Source of the DNA: Tubiluchus corallicola
Lineage: Eukaryota; Animalia; Priapulida
Assembly (NCBI GenBank): GCA_030141605.1
Contig: JAQGDQ010002491.1
Coordinates: forward strand, 1 to 18,848
Reading direction: 5' to 3'
DNA length: 18,848 nt
The translations under genes and the position numbers were made by a program. How positions within the stretch are numbered: position 1 is the stretch's first letter; the number at the start of each line of letters is the position of its first letter. Below are positions 1-10,286 of this stretch, piece by piece. The notes under the pieces were generated by a model that worked only from the letters and a program-made list of their open reading frames with translations, was not told the origin of the DNA and ran no database searches.

Positions 1-1
1 G

Positions 2-97
2 CTAGAAACATACACTCCACAAGTTAGAGAAGGTGTTTTAAAAAAGTATGCAAAGTTAGTATCTTCTTCTGCAAAAGGAGCTGTTGAAATATATTAG
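2..97 (+). CDS. ilvD: Dihydroxy-acid dehydratase, C-terminal fragment (gene begins upstream of the window)
   Basis: Manual translation of frame 2 gives LETYTPQVREGVLKKYAKLVSSSAKGAVEIY*, matching the IlvD C-terminal G-x-L-x-x-Y-A-x-L-V-x-S-x-x-x-G-A-V pattern. TAG at 95-97. Lies directly upstream of ilvA/ilvB. Not in the ORF track. Confidence 0.88.
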   Translation, partial: LETYTPQVREGVLKKYAKLVSSSAKGAVEIY

Positions 98-113
98 AAA
101 GGATTTATAAATT

Positions 114-680
114 ATGTTTAAATATATTATTGAGGATACTCTTGATCTTAGATTGTTAGAAAAAAGGCATAGTGATGAACTATATAAAGTAATAGATAAA
201 TCTAGAAAACATTTGAGGACTTGGCTTCCATGGGTTGACGACACTACATCTTCTCTTTCAACAAAAGAATTTATAAGAGGTACTTTAAAAAATTTTATTA
301 ATAAGACAGGAGTTACATGTGGTATTTTTTTAAATGAAAAAATAGTTGGAGTAATTAGTTTTAATTCAATATCTTATCCTGAAAAGCAAGCTAATATAGG
401 ATACTGGATATCTAAAAAACACACAGGAAAAGGAATTATCATTAAGGCATGCAATGCGATGATAAATTATGGTATCTACGAATTAAAATTAAATAAAATC
501 AATATTTTTTGTGGTGAAGAAAACTATCGAAGTAGAGCCATTCCTAAGAGGCTTGGTTTTAAAAAAGTAGGAGTGTTGCAGGAAAATGAGTGGCTATATG
601 ATCACTTTATAGACCATGTTTTATATAGCATGCTTGCAAGGGAATGGATACTAAAAAATAATGAAAGGATTATAAAATGA
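114..680 (+). CDS. GNAT N-acetyltransferase, RimJ/RimL family (YdaF-like)
   Basis: 188 aa with HLRTWLPWV, ANIGYWI, TGKGII, N-x-R-S-R-A-I-P-K-R-L-G-F and C-terminal DHVLYSML. Stop overlaps the ilvA start (ATGA, 677-680). Confidence 0.9.
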   Translation: MFKYIIEDTLDLRLLEKRHSDELYKVIDKSRKHLRTWLPWVDDTTSSLSTKEFIRGTLKNFINKTGVTCGIFLNEKIVGVISFNSISYPEKQANIGYWISKKHTGKGIIIKACNAMINYGIYELKLNKINIFCGEENYRSRAIPKRLGFKKVGVLQENEWLYDHFIDHVLYSMLAREWILKNNERIIK

Positions 681-1885
681 TATCTTTAAATGAATTTAAA
701 ACTGCTAGAGAAAGTTTAAAAGGAGTTATAAAAAAAACACAACTTGTATTTAGTGAATCACTATCTAAAGAATATAAAAATAACATTTACTTAAAAACTG
801 AAAATTTACAAAAAACTGGATCATTTAAAATAAGAGGTGCATACAATAAAATAATAAACCTTCCAGTAGATAAAAGAAAGAATGGTCTTATTGCAGCTTC
901 TGCAGGAAATCATGCTCAAGGAGTCGCTTTTGCAGCAAGAAATTTAGGGTTGAGGTCAACTATAGTAATGCCAAAGTATACTCCCATAATAAAAGTAGAC
1001 TCCACTAAATCTTTAGGAGCTAATGTTGTATTATACGGAAAAACTTATGATGATGCTTATAAAAAGTCTAGGGAGTTAGAAAAAGAATTTAATTACACAT
1101 TTGTTCATCCATTTGATGATATAGATGTTATTATAGGTCAGGGAACAATAGCTTTAGAAATACTTGAGAATTTTAAAAATGTTGACATTATAATGGTGCC
1201 AATTGGTGGAGGAGGACTTATATCTGGAATATCTTCTGCTGCTAAATTAATAAATCCCGATATAAAAATTATTGGCGTCGAGCCAGAAAAATTTCCTTCA
1301 ATGAAAAAAGCTATAGATTTTGGAGGACCTGTTACAATTGAATCAGCAGAAACTATAGCTGATGGGACAGCTGTAAAAAAAGTTGGAAATTTAACGTATG
1401 AAATAACTAATAAATATGTAGATGATATAGTATCTGTTTCAGACTATGAATTAATGGAAACTTTTTTACTGCTTATAGAAAAACACAAAATAGTAGTTGA
1501 AAACTCAGGCATTCTATCTATTACAGGAATAAAAAAAATAACTGATAAATATACTAGTAAAAATATCGTTTCTATTTTAAGTGGTGGAAATATAGATGTC
1601 CTTACTATTGCATCAATGATAAAAAAAGGACTTATTTCAAGAGGACGTATATTTACATTTCGTGTAAACTTAACTGATAGACCTGGAGAGCTTTTTGAAA
1701 TATCAAATATTTTATCTCAAGAAAATGCCAACATTATAAAGCTTGCTCATAATCAATTTAAGAATTTAGATAGATTCAATCAAGTTGAATTAGAGGTAAT
1801 TGTGGAAACATACGGAGAAGACCATATTGAAAAAATTATTAATAATTTAACAAGCAAAAAGTATAAAGTAAGCCGTATTTTTTAA
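677..1885 (+). CDS. ilvA: Threonine ammonia-lyase (PLP-dependent; single C-terminal ACT domain form)
   Basis: KTENLQKTGSFKIRGA PLP-lysine motif, ASAGNHAQG, PIGGGGLISG, SGGNID, and ACT domain start DRPGEL. Context in the ilv/leu cluster. Confidence 0.93.
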   Translation: MISLNEFKTARESLKGVIKKTQLVFSESLSKEYKNNIYLKTENLQKTGSFKIRGAYNKIINLPVDKRKNGLIAASAGNHAQGVAFAARNLGLRSTIVMPKYTPIIKVDSTKSLGANVVLYGKTYDDAYKKSRELEKEFNYTFVHPFDDIDVIIGQGTIALEILENFKNVDIIMVPIGGGGLISGISSAAKLINPDIKIIGVEPEKFPSMKKAIDFGGPVTIESAETIADGTAVKKVGNLTYEITNKYVDDIVSVSDYELMETFLLLIEKHKIVVENSGILSITGIKKITDKYTSKNIVSILSGGNIDVLTIASMIKKGLISRGRIFTFRVNLTDRPGELFEISNILSQENANIIKLAHNQFKNLDRFNQVELEVIVETYGEDHIEKIINNLTSKKYKVSRIF

Positions 1886-1899
1886 TAGGAGAAATGTTT

Positions 1900-3612
1900 A
1901 TGGAAATGATAACAGGAGCTGAAATTATTCTAGAAACTATCAAAAGACATGGGGTCGTTGATTTATTTGGTTATCCTGGTGGGTCAGTTATTCCTATTTA
2001 TGATGCACTATATGGTTTCAATGGCTTAAAACATTATTTTACTAGGCACGAACAAGGTGCAGCTCATGCTGCAGATGCTTATTCTAGATCAAGCAATAAA
2101 CTAGGTGTTTGTATTGCAACTTCAGGCCCAGGAGCTACGAATCTTGTAACAGGCATTATGACAGCATATATGGACTCTATTCCTTTATTAGCCTTAACAG
2201 GACAAGTTCCACGACCAGGCCTTGGTAAAGATTCATTTCAAGAATCAGATATTACTGGAATAACTATGCCTATAACAAAACATAATTATTTGATAAAAAA
2301 TATAAGAGATATACCAAGAGTGCTAAAAGAGGCCATATACATAGCTACAACTGGTAGACCTGGCCCTGTATTGGTAGATATACCAAAAGATATACAAGAG
2401 GAAAAAATTTTCAAAAAAGATTTTGAAGAACTTTTTAAAATAAAATTGCAATTAAATAGCTATTCCCCAACATACAAGGGTCACTCAGGACAAATAAAAA
2501 GAGCTCTAAGATTAATAAAACATGCTAAGAGACCTCTTGTTTTAGGAGGAGGAGGAATATTAAGATCTGGAGCTAGTGATAATTTTATAAAATTCGTAGA
2601 GAAATTTGACATACCTGTAGCTCTTACATTAATGGGAATAGGAGCAATTTCCAGTAAACATAGATTATCTCTAGGAATGGTAGGAATGCATGGTTCTATA
2701 GCATCAAACTATGCAACAAACGAAGCAGACTTAGTTATTGCCATTGGAATGAGATTTGATGATAGAATTACAGGAGATACAAAAAAATTCGCAAGCAATG
2801 CCCATATAATTCACATAGATATAGACCCTGCTGAAATTGGAAAAAATAAAGAAAGTGTTGTGCCAATTGTTGGGGATATAAAGGAAGTCCTTTCCAAGCT
2901 AATAGAAAAAGGTTTATCAAAGGAACATATTAAATGGAATAATAAAGTAATCAAATGGAAATTAGATTATCCATTTAAATATACTAAAAAAAATCATATA
3001 CTAAAACCACAGGAAATAATTGAAAAACTCAATACCATACTATCTTGCGACACTATTATTTGCACCGATGTTGGTCAACACCAGATGTGGACAGCTCAAT
3101 TTTATGATTTTAAAAGACCTAACTTACTTTGTACTTCTGGTGGAGCTGGCACAATGGGTTATGGCATTCCTGCTGCATTAGGAGCTCAAATTGCAAATAA
3201 AGATAAAAAAGTAGTTACCATTGTTGGAGATGGCGGAGCTCAGATGACAATACAAGAGCTTATGACTATAAAAGAGTATAACTTACCAATAAAAATAATT
3301 ATTATAAATAATTATTATTTAGGAATGGTTAGACAATGGCAAAAAATATTTAAAAATAAAAGGTATTCTTTTGTTGATTTAAAAGTAAATCCAAATTTTG
3401 TAAAACTAGCTGATGCTTATGGTTTAAAAGGAGTAAGGATATCTAGTGAAATTGAATTAAATAATTTGCTTAAACCAAATATTTTAAGTGATGAAGCTGT
3501 AGTTATAGAGTGTATAGTAGAAAGAGAAGAAAGTGTGTTTCCAATGATTCCTCCAGGAAAACCTGTTGAAGAAATAATAGTGGAGGAGGGGGAAATAGAT
3601 GGAAAGTTCTAG
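1900..3612 (+). CDS. ilvB: Acetolactate synthase large subunit
   Basis: FGYPGG, RHEQGA, TSGPGATN, RFDDR, DVGQHQMW and ThDP motif GDG...NN. AGGAG RBS spacing favours ATG 1900 over 1894. Confidence 0.96.
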   Translation: MEMITGAEIILETIKRHGVVDLFGYPGGSVIPIYDALYGFNGLKHYFTRHEQGAAHAADAYSRSSNKLGVCIATSGPGATNLVTGIMTAYMDSIPLLALTGQVPRPGLGKDSFQESDITGITMPITKHNYLIKNIRDIPRVLKEAIYIATTGRPGPVLVDIPKDIQEEKIFKKDFEELFKIKLQLNSYSPTYKGHSGQIKRALRLIKHAKRPLVLGGGGILRSGASDNFIKFVEKFDIPVALTLMGIGAISSKHRLSLGMVGMHGSIASNYATNEADLVIAIGMRFDDRITGDTKKFASNAHIIHIDIDPAEIGKNKESVVPIVGDIKEVLSKLIEKGLSKEHIKWNNKVIKWKLDYPFKYTKKNHILKPQEIIEKLNTILSCDTIICTDVGQHQMWTAQFYDFKRPNLLCTSGGAGTMGYGIPAALGAQIANKDKKVVTIVGDGGAQMTIQELMTIKEYNLPIKIIIINNYYLGMVRQWQKIFKNKRYSFVDLKVNPNFVKLADAYGLKGVRISSEIELNNLLKPNILSDEAVVIECIVEREESVFPMIPPGKPVEEIIVEEGEIDGKF

Positions 3613-4102
3613 ATATGAAATCCTTATATTAATGAAAAATAGGCCTGGAGGATTAGCAAGAATATCAGGACTTTTTTCAAAAAGAGGATATAATATTGAA
3701 ACTATAACTGCTGGAAAAAGTGTAACTAAAGGGCATATAAGGCTTACAATTTCTGTTATTGGAGATGAAAAAATTATTGAACAAATAGAAAAACAGGTTT
3801 ATAAAATTATTGATGTAATAAAAGTAAGAATCGCTCCAAGAGAGAAATCTGTTCGTAGAGAGCTTGTCTTAATAAAAATTCGAACAGCAAAAGAAACTAG
3901 AGGTGAAATTATACAAATAGCTGACATTTACAGAGGAAACATTGTAGATGTTTCGACAAATTCAATTATTATTGAGCTAACAGGAGATAGTAAAAAAATA
4001 GATGGCTTCATAAAAATTATGACAGACTATGAAATTTTAGAGATAGCAAGAACAGGAATCAGCGCAATGGTTAGAGGAGATAGGCAAATACCTATTTTAT
4101 AA
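3599..4102 (+). CDS. ilvN: Acetolactate synthase small (regulatory) subunit
   Basis: NRPGGLARISGLFSKRGYNI ACT motif, RELVLIK, EIARTG. Overlaps the ilvB end and has an upstream GGAGG. Confidence 0.95.
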   Translation: MESSRYEILILMKNRPGGLARISGLFSKRGYNIETITAGKSVTKGHIRLTISVIGDEKIIEQIEKQVYKIIDVIKVRIAPREKSVRRELVLIKIRTAKETRGEIIQIADIYRGNIVDVSTNSIIIELTGDSKKIDGFIKIMTDYEILEIARTGISAMVRGDRQIPIL

Positions 4103-4129
4103 AACCTATGTACATTGGGAGGGTATATT

Positions 4130-5635
4130 ATGGAAAAACTAATAAAAATATTTGATACTACTTTAAGAGATGGAGAACAAGCTCCTGGTTGTAGCATGAA
4201 TCTTGGAGAAAAATTAGAGCTTGCAAAACAATTAGAAAAACTTAATGTAGATGTAATAGAGGCTGGATTTGCAGTTGCTTCCCCTGGTGATTTTAAATCA
4301 GTAAAAGAAATTTCAAAGCTTATAAAAAACTCTACTGTTGCTAGTTTAAGTAGATCTCTAAAAAAAGATATTGACGTATCATGGGAGGCTGTAAAATATG
4401 CAAAGTATCCTAGAATACATACTTTCATAGCAACATCTGATATTCACATGAAATATAAGCTGAAAAAAACTCACGAAGAAATTTTAACTCAAGCTAGAGA
4501 AATTGTAAAGTATGCTAAAACTCTTTGTAATGACATAGAATTTTCAGCTGAAGATGCTTCTAGGAGTAATCCAAAGTTTTTATATCAAGTGCTTGAAGCA
4601 GTAATAAAAGCAGGAGCAACAACCATTAACATTCCAGATACAGTTGGCTACAGTATTCCTGAGGAGTTTGCTCGATTAATAAAAGGAATTAAAGAAAATG
4701 TAAGTGGAATAGATAATGTTGATTTATCAGTACACTGTCATAATGATTTAGGCTTAGGTGTAGCTAATTCTCTTGTATCTATTAAAGAAGGTATTACTCA
4801 AATAGAGTGCACTATAAATGGCATTGGAGAAAGAGCTGGTAATGCTGCAATGGAAGAAATAGTTATGGCACTACATACAAGAAAAGACTTGTATAACTTT
4901 ACAACTAATATTAACACTAAACAAATATATCGAACAAGTAAGTTAGTGTCAAGCTTTACTGGAATACATACACCACCTAATAAAGCAATTGTCGGGGAAA
5001 ATGCTTTTTCACATGAATCTGGAATTCATCAACATGGTGTATTAGAAAATAGAAATACTTATGAAATTATGACTCCTGAGTCAGTTGGAGTTAGCAAAAA
5101 TAATTTAGTTTTAGGAAAACATTCAGGAAAACATGCATTTGAAGATAGATTAATAGAACTTGGGTTTACAGATCTTAATCAAGATAAAATTTTAAAGGCT
5201 TTTAAAGAATTTAAGATATTAGCAGATAAGAAAAAAAACATATTTGATGAAGATTTAGAAGCACTGGTGCAAGATAAATCTATAAAGATTGAAGAGCATT
5301 TTATACTTGATTCTTTTAATATTTTTCGGCTTAAAGATTCCAAACCATCTGCAGAAATATCACTAATAAAAGATGGGGTTCTTTTAAAGGAAAGCTCTTT
5401 TGGAGATGGACCTGTTGACGCATCATACAATGCAATTTCTAAGATAGTTGGAGATAATTTCTCTTTAAATGAATATAAATTAAAAGCTATAACTGGTGGA
5501 ACTGATGCCCTAGCAGAAGTTTTAGTACAAATAGAAAAAGATGGAATCTTGTCAAAAGGTAGAGGTCTTAGTACAGATGTTGTAGAAGCTAGCATAAAAG
5601 CATATATTTTTGCACTCAATAAAATATTTTTATAA
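4130..5635 (+). CDS. leuA: 2-isopropylmalate synthase with C-terminal regulatory domain
   Basis: [38 protein letters not shown] and GDGPVDA. GGAGG RBS precedes ATG 4130. Confidence 0.96.
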   Translation: MEKLIKIFDTTLRDGEQAPGCSMNLGEKLELAKQLEKLNVDVIEAGFAVASPGDFKSVKEISKLIKNSTVASLSRSLKKDIDVSWEAVKYAKYPRIHTFIATSDIHMKYKLKKTHEEILTQAREIVKYAKTLCNDIEFSAEDASRSNPKFLYQVLEAVIKAGATTINIPDTVGYSIPEEFARLIKGIKENVSGIDNVDLSVHCHNDLGLGVANSLVSIKEGITQIECTINGIGERAGNAAMEEIVMALHTRKDLYNFTTNINTKQIYRTSKLVSSFTGIHTPPNKAIVGENAFSHESGIHQHGVLENRNTYEIMTPESVGVSKNNLVLGKHSGKHAFEDRLIELGFTDLNQDKILKAFKEFKILADKKKNIFDEDLEALVQDKSIKIEEHFILDSFNIFRLKDSKPSAEISLIKDGVLLKESSFGDGPVDASYNAISKIVGDNFSLNEYKLKAITGGTDALAEVLVQIEKDGILSKGRGLSTDVVEASIKAYIFALNKIFL

Positions 5636-6229
5636 CTTATTTATTAGCCATAATATGTAAAAAAATATAAGCTTAAAATTAATAAACAGTTAAGAAAAAT
5701 ATAAATAAAACACTAGTATTAGACATCATTGTTTAATTCTTTATAAATTAAATGTATACATTTAAAATAATTACTTTTATTACAAGGTTAATATTTAGTC
5801 TATTTTTTTAGCTATATATGTAAATTTTGTTTTACATAATTATAAATCACTTATTTTATTTTTATACACATTTAAGATTATTTAAAATGATTTATTAAAT
5901 TTAAGCCAATAGAAGCATATATTTTTGCACTCAATAAAATATTTTTATAACTTATTTATTAGCCATAATATGTAAAAAAATATAAGCTTAAAATTAATAA
6001 ACAGTTAAGAAAAATATAAATAAAACACTAGTATTAGACATCATTGTTTAATTCTTTATAAATTAAATGTATACATTTAAAATAATTACTTTTATTACAA
6101 GGTTAATATTTAGTCTATTTTTTTAGCTATATATGTAAATTTTGTTTTACATAATTATAAATCACTTATTTTATTTTTATACACATTTAAGATTATTTAA
6201 AATGATTTATTAAATTTAAGCCAATAGAA
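5600..6229. repeat. Perfect direct tandem duplication, 2 x 315 bp (5600-5914 and 5915-6229)
   Basis: Base-by-base reading found no differences between the copies. The unit covers the last 36 nt of leuA plus the leuA-leuC spacer up to just before the leuC RBS. Confidence 0.95.
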
Positions 6230-6246
6230 ATAGGAGGAGACATTCT

Positions 6247-7539
6247 ATGGGTATGACAATTATTGAAAAAATATTAGCTAAGCATGCAGGGAAAGAAAAG
6301 GTGAATCCAGGAGAAAATATATGGATAGATGTAGATAACATTATGACACATGATGTTACAGGACCTGGAACTATCTCAATATTTAAAGAAAAATTTGGAA
6401 AAAACGCTAAGGTTTGGAACAAAGAAAAAGTGATACTTATACCAGATCATTATATTTTTACAAAAGATAAACATGCAATGAGAAATTTAGAATATATAAA
6501 AACATTTGCCAGTGAACAAGATCTAAAATATTTTTATGAACCATTTTCACATATGTATAGAGGCGTATGCCATGTTGCTTTAGCTGAAGAAGGCCACGTA
6601 AGACCTGGCGAAGTTTTATTTGGAACTGATTCTCACACCTGCACAGCTGGAGCTTTTGGGCAGTTTGCTTCAGGCATAGGAAATACAGATGCTGCATATA
6701 TATTAGGAACAGGTAAGTTGTGGGTAAAAGTACCTGAAACAATACGATTTACAGTTAATGGAAATTTACCTAATTACATTATGGGTAAGGATATAATCCT
6801 TAAATCAATAGGAGATATAGGTTTTGACGGGGCAACTTATAAATGCATACAATATGATGGGGACACAATAAGAGGGTTAAATATAGATGAAAGAATGACT
6901 ATATGTAATATGGCTATAGAAGCAGGAGGAAAATGTGGAATTATAGAACCTGATGAAAAAACAGTGGAGTATCTTATCAGTAAAACAGATAAACCTTTTA
7001 ACCTATTTTATTCTGATGTAGATGCAAAGTATTCTAAAGAAATAACTTATAAGGCCCAAGATTTAGAACCTGTTGTAGCTATGCCTTATTCTCCTGGAAA
7101 TATAGAACTTGCTAAAAAGTTAAGAAACATAAAAGTGACAAGAGCATATATTGGTTCTTGTACAGGTGGAAAAATAACAGATTTTTATGCTGCTGCTAAA
7201 ATATTAAAAAATAAAAAAGTTAAAATAGAAACTTTTATAGTTCCTGCTACAATGAAGGTAAACAAATCCTTTGATCAAATAAAAATTGGCAATGAAACAT
7301 TAAGAGAAATCTTTAAAAATGCTGGATGTAATATAGGAAAACCATCATGTGCAGCATGTCTAGGAGGTCCTTTAGACACATTTGGAAGAACTCATAGCAA
7401 TGAAGTCGTTATTTCTACAACTAATAGAAATTTCCCAGGAAGAATGGGATCTATGGATTCTAAGGTGTATCTAGCATCTCCTTATACAGCAGCAGCTTCT
7501 GCCATATTAGGTCACATCTGTGATCCTAGAGAGCTTTAA
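6247..7539 (+). CDS. leuC: 3-isopropylmalate dehydratase large subunit (plant-plastid-like/homoaconitase-like subfamily)
   Basis: Aconitase-family motifs IPDHY, GVCH, GTDSHT, IGSCTGG, CAACLGG, STTNRNFPGRMG and YLASP. Strong AGGAG RBS. Confidence 0.94.
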   Translation: MGMTIIEKILAKHAGKEKVNPGENIWIDVDNIMTHDVTGPGTISIFKEKFGKNAKVWNKEKVILIPDHYIFTKDKHAMRNLEYIKTFASEQDLKYFYEPFSHMYRGVCHVALAEEGHVRPGEVLFGTDSHTCTAGAFGQFASGIGNTDAAYILGTGKLWVKVPETIRFTVNGNLPNYIMGKDIILKSIGDIGFDGATYKCIQYDGDTIRGLNIDERMTICNMAIEAGGKCGIIEPDEKTVEYLISKTDKPFNLFYSDVDAKYSKEITYKAQDLEPVVAMPYSPGNIELAKKLRNIKVTRAYIGSCTGGKITDFYAAAKILKNKKVKIETFIVPATMKVNKSFDQIKIGNETLREIFKNAGCNIGKPSCAACLGGPLDTFGRTHSNEVVISTTNRNFPGRMGSMDSKVYLASPYTAAASAILGHICDPREL

Positions 7540-7605
7540 AAATTATAATCACATAGTTAAAAATAATAAATAAAATTACGCAAATTCATGGAATTGGAGG
7601 AATTA

Positions 7606-8154
7606 ATGAAAAATATAATCGAAGGTAAAGCTTATGTTTTAGGTGATAACATTGATACAGACCAAATTATACCTGCGATGCATCTCGTATATAAAGTTGA
7701 CGATCCTGAAGAATTAAAGCTTTATGGAAAGTATGCCATGTCTGGTCTACCTAGTAAAGTTTATAAAAAATTTCCTTTTATAGAGGATGGAGACTATAAA
7801 TCAAGTTATAATATAATGATTGCTGGTAAAAATTTTGGTTGTGGATCATCTAGAGAACATGCGCCATTAGCCTTAAAAGAATCTGGAGTAAAAGCTATCG
7901 TATCTGAAAATTACGCTCGTATTTTTTATAGAAATTCTGTTGATGGAGGTTTTCTTATCCCCTTTGAAACTCCAATTAAGCTAACAGATAAAATTTCAAC
8001 AGGTGATAAATTAATTATAGACACAGAAAATGGCATTTTAAAAAACATTACAACAAATAAAAGATACATTCTAAAAAGCTTAGGAAATGCTGGTGAAATT
8101 ATAAAAGCTGGAGGATTATTTAGTTATGCAAAAAAACAAGGGTATATCATATAA
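7606..8154 (+). CDS. leuD: 3-isopropylmalate dehydratase small subunit
   Basis: GDNIDTDQIIPA, NFGCGSSREHAP, YARIFYRN and IIKAGGL. GGAGG at 7596-7600 favours ATG 7606. Confidence 0.94.
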   Translation: MKNIIEGKAYVLGDNIDTDQIIPAMHLVYKVDDPEELKLYGKYAMSGLPSKVYKKFPFIEDGDYKSSYNIMIAGKNFGCGSSREHAPLALKESGVKAIVSENYARIFYRNSVDGGFLIPFETPIKLTDKISTGDKLIIDTENGILKNITTNKRYILKSLGNAGEIIKAGGLFSYAKKQGYII

Positions 8155-8169
8155 TAAGGAGATTATAAA

Positions 8170-9240
8170 ATGGAGTTTAAAATTGCTATTTTAAAAGGAG
8201 ACGGAATAGGTCCAGAAGTTATAGATGTGTCTTTAAAAGTTTTAGATAAAGTAGGTAACCTGTTTGATCATGCTTTTAAATATAAGCAAGGATATCTTGG
8301 AGGAGAATCAATAGATAAGTTTGGAGAACCTCTTACTAAGGAAACTATTGATATTTGTCAATCAAGTGATGCAGTTATTTTAGGGGCTGTTGGAGGTTCT
8401 AAGTGGGATATGCTACCTCCTAGCAAAAGACCTGAAAAAGGTATTTTAGATATAAGAAAAGCCTTAGGCCTATATGTAAATCTTAGACCTGCTATTATAT
8501 ATCCTTCTTTAAAAAATTCTAGCCCTCTAAAAAATAGAATCATAAAAAATGGTGTCGATATTTTAGTTGTTAGAGAGCTAACAGGTGGCATCTATTTTGG
8601 AGAAAGAAGCTTTAGTGAAGAAGCTGCATATGATACATTAAAATATACAGCTTTAGAAGTAGAAAGAATAACAAAAAAGGCTTTTGAGATTGCTAAAACA
8701 AGAAATAAAAAAGTAACTAGTGTTGATAAATCAAATGTACTTGCTAGCTCAAAACTGTGGAAAAAATCTGTTTTAAAGGTATCTAGATATTATCCAGAGG
8801 TAGAATTAAATCATTTGTATGTAGACAATGCTGCTATGCAACTTATTATAAATCCAAAACAATTCGATGTTATTCTCACAGGAAACATGTTCGGGGATAT
8901 TTTGTCTGATGAAATATCTACTATTACAGGATCTATAGGTATGTTACCATCTGCTAGTATAGGTAATGGTAAAATAGGTATATATGAGCCTATACATGGG
9001 TCTGCACCTGATATAGCTGATAGAAATATAGCAAACCCATTAGCAACTATTTTATCTATTTCAATGATGTTAAAACATTCCTTAAATTTGCCAAAGGAAG
9101 CTTTAGCAATAAATAATGCTGTAAAAAAAGTATTAAACTCTGGATATAGGACTATAGATATTTATTCTAAAGGGTGTAAAAAAATCGGAACAAAAGAAAT
9201 GGGAAATTTAGTAATTGAAGAACTACAAAAAATAAATTGA
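8170..9240 (+). CDS. leuB: 3-isopropylmalate dehydrogenase
   Basis: [33 protein letters not shown] and [12 protein letters not shown]. Confidence 0.96.
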   Translation: MEFKIAILKGDGIGPEVIDVSLKVLDKVGNLFDHAFKYKQGYLGGESIDKFGEPLTKETIDICQSSDAVILGAVGGSKWDMLPPSKRPEKGILDIRKALGLYVNLRPAIIYPSLKNSSPLKNRIIKNGVDILVVRELTGGIYFGERSFSEEAAYDTLKYTALEVERITKKAFEIAKTRNKKVTSVDKSNVLASSKLWKKSVLKVSRYYPEVELNHLYVDNAAMQLIINPKQFDVILTGNMFGDILSDEISTITGSIGMLPSASIGNGKIGIYEPIHGSAPDIADRNIANPLATILSISMMLKHSLNLPKEALAINNAVKKVLNSGYRTIDIYSKGCKKIGTKEMGNLVIEELQKIN

Positions 9241-9264
9241 CATATTTAATAGGAGGTTTATAAA

Positions 9265-10257
9265 ATGGCAAAAATTTACTATGAAAAAGATTGTAATTTA
9301 GAAATTCTAAAAGGGAAAAATATTGTAGTGGTTGGTTATGGTAGCCAAGGTCATGCGCATTCATTAAACCTAAGGGATAGTGGTTTATCTATAACTGTTG
9401 CAGAGATAAAAAATAGTAATGCATGGAATTTCGCTAAAGAATCTGGGCTAAATGTAATGACATTAAATGAAGTTGTTAAGGATGCAGATGTTATCATGAT
9501 GTTAGTTCCTGATGAAGCACAAGCAGATATATATAAAAACAGTGTTGCGCCAAATATTAAAAAAGGTGCATATTTAGGGTTTGGACACGGTTTTAATATT
9601 AATTATGGCCAAATAGTACCAAGGGATGATATAAATGTATTTATGACAGCTCCAAAAGGACCTGGCCACCTTGTAAGAAGGACATTTATAGAAAATAATG
9701 GAGTTCCATGTCTAATAGCAGTACATCAAGATCCTAGTGGAGACACAAGAGACATTGCTCTTGCATGGGCAAAAGGTATAGGTGGGTCAAGATCAGGAGT
9801 ACTTGAAACTACATTTAAGGAAGAGACTGAAACTGATTTATTTGGGGAGCAAGTAGTTCTATGTGGAGGAGTTACTGCTTTAATGAAAACTGGTTTTGAG
9901 GTTTTAGTTGAAGCAGGATACGATCCAATGAATGCTTATTTTGAATGTGTACATGAAATGAAGCTTATCATAGACCTTATTTATGAAGGAGGATTTGCTA
10001 AAATGAGAGATTCAATATCAAATACAGCTGAGTATGGGGATTATGTTGTAGGTTCAAGAATTATTACTGAAAAAACTAAAAAAGAAATGCAAAAAGTTTT
10101 AAAGGAAGTACAAGATGGAACTTTTGCAAAAGATTTTATAGGTGAAAAAAGCACAGGAATGCCTAAAATGCATGCATCTAGAAAAAATGAAGCAATTCAC
10201 CAAGTTGAAAAAGTTGGAAAAGAGCTTAGAGATATGATGTCTTGGATAAAAAAATAA
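9265..10257 (+). CDS. ilvC: Ketol-acid reductoisomerase, class I (short form)
   Basis: GYGSQG Rossmann motif, [24 protein letters not shown] and SISNTAEYG. 330 aa. Confidence 0.97.
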   Translation: MAKIYYEKDCNLEILKGKNIVVVGYGSQGHAHSLNLRDSGLSITVAEIKNSNAWNFAKESGLNVMTLNEVVKDADVIMMLVPDEAQADIYKNSVAPNIKKGAYLGFGHGFNINYGQIVPRDDINVFMTAPKGPGHLVRRTFIENNGVPCLIAVHQDPSGDTRDIALAWAKGIGGSRSGVLETTFKEETETDLFGEQVVLCGGVTALMKTGFEVLVEAGYDPMNAYFECVHEMKLIIDLIYEGGFAKMRDSISNTAEYGDYVVGSRIITEKTKKEMQKVLKEVQDGTFAKDFIGEKSTGMPKMHASRKNEAIHQVEKVGKELRDMMSWIKK

Positions 10258-10286
10258 AATTTTATCTAAATTTAAATACCTAGCTA

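Noticed and set aside
5600-6229. Tandem repeat as a CRISPR array, MITE or IS
   Set aside because: Only two long contiguous units with no spacers, terminal inverted repeats, target-site duplication or cas/transposase genes.
5636-6246. T-box or leader-peptide attenuator upstream of leuC
   Set aside because: No T-box consensus, GC-rich terminator/antiterminator or Leu-rich leader visible. The operon's main leader lies upstream of the window.
6247-8154. Homoaconitase (lysine pathway) assignment
   Set aside because: The position between leuA and leuB, with no lysine-pathway genes nearby, favours isopropylmalate isomerase.
56-9364. Short alternative ORFs: 56-244, 4027-4428, 5179-5619, 6216-6422, 6458-6742, 8358-8591, 9167-9364 (all minus)
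   Set aside because: Antisense shadows of well-supported genes, with no recognisable motifs.
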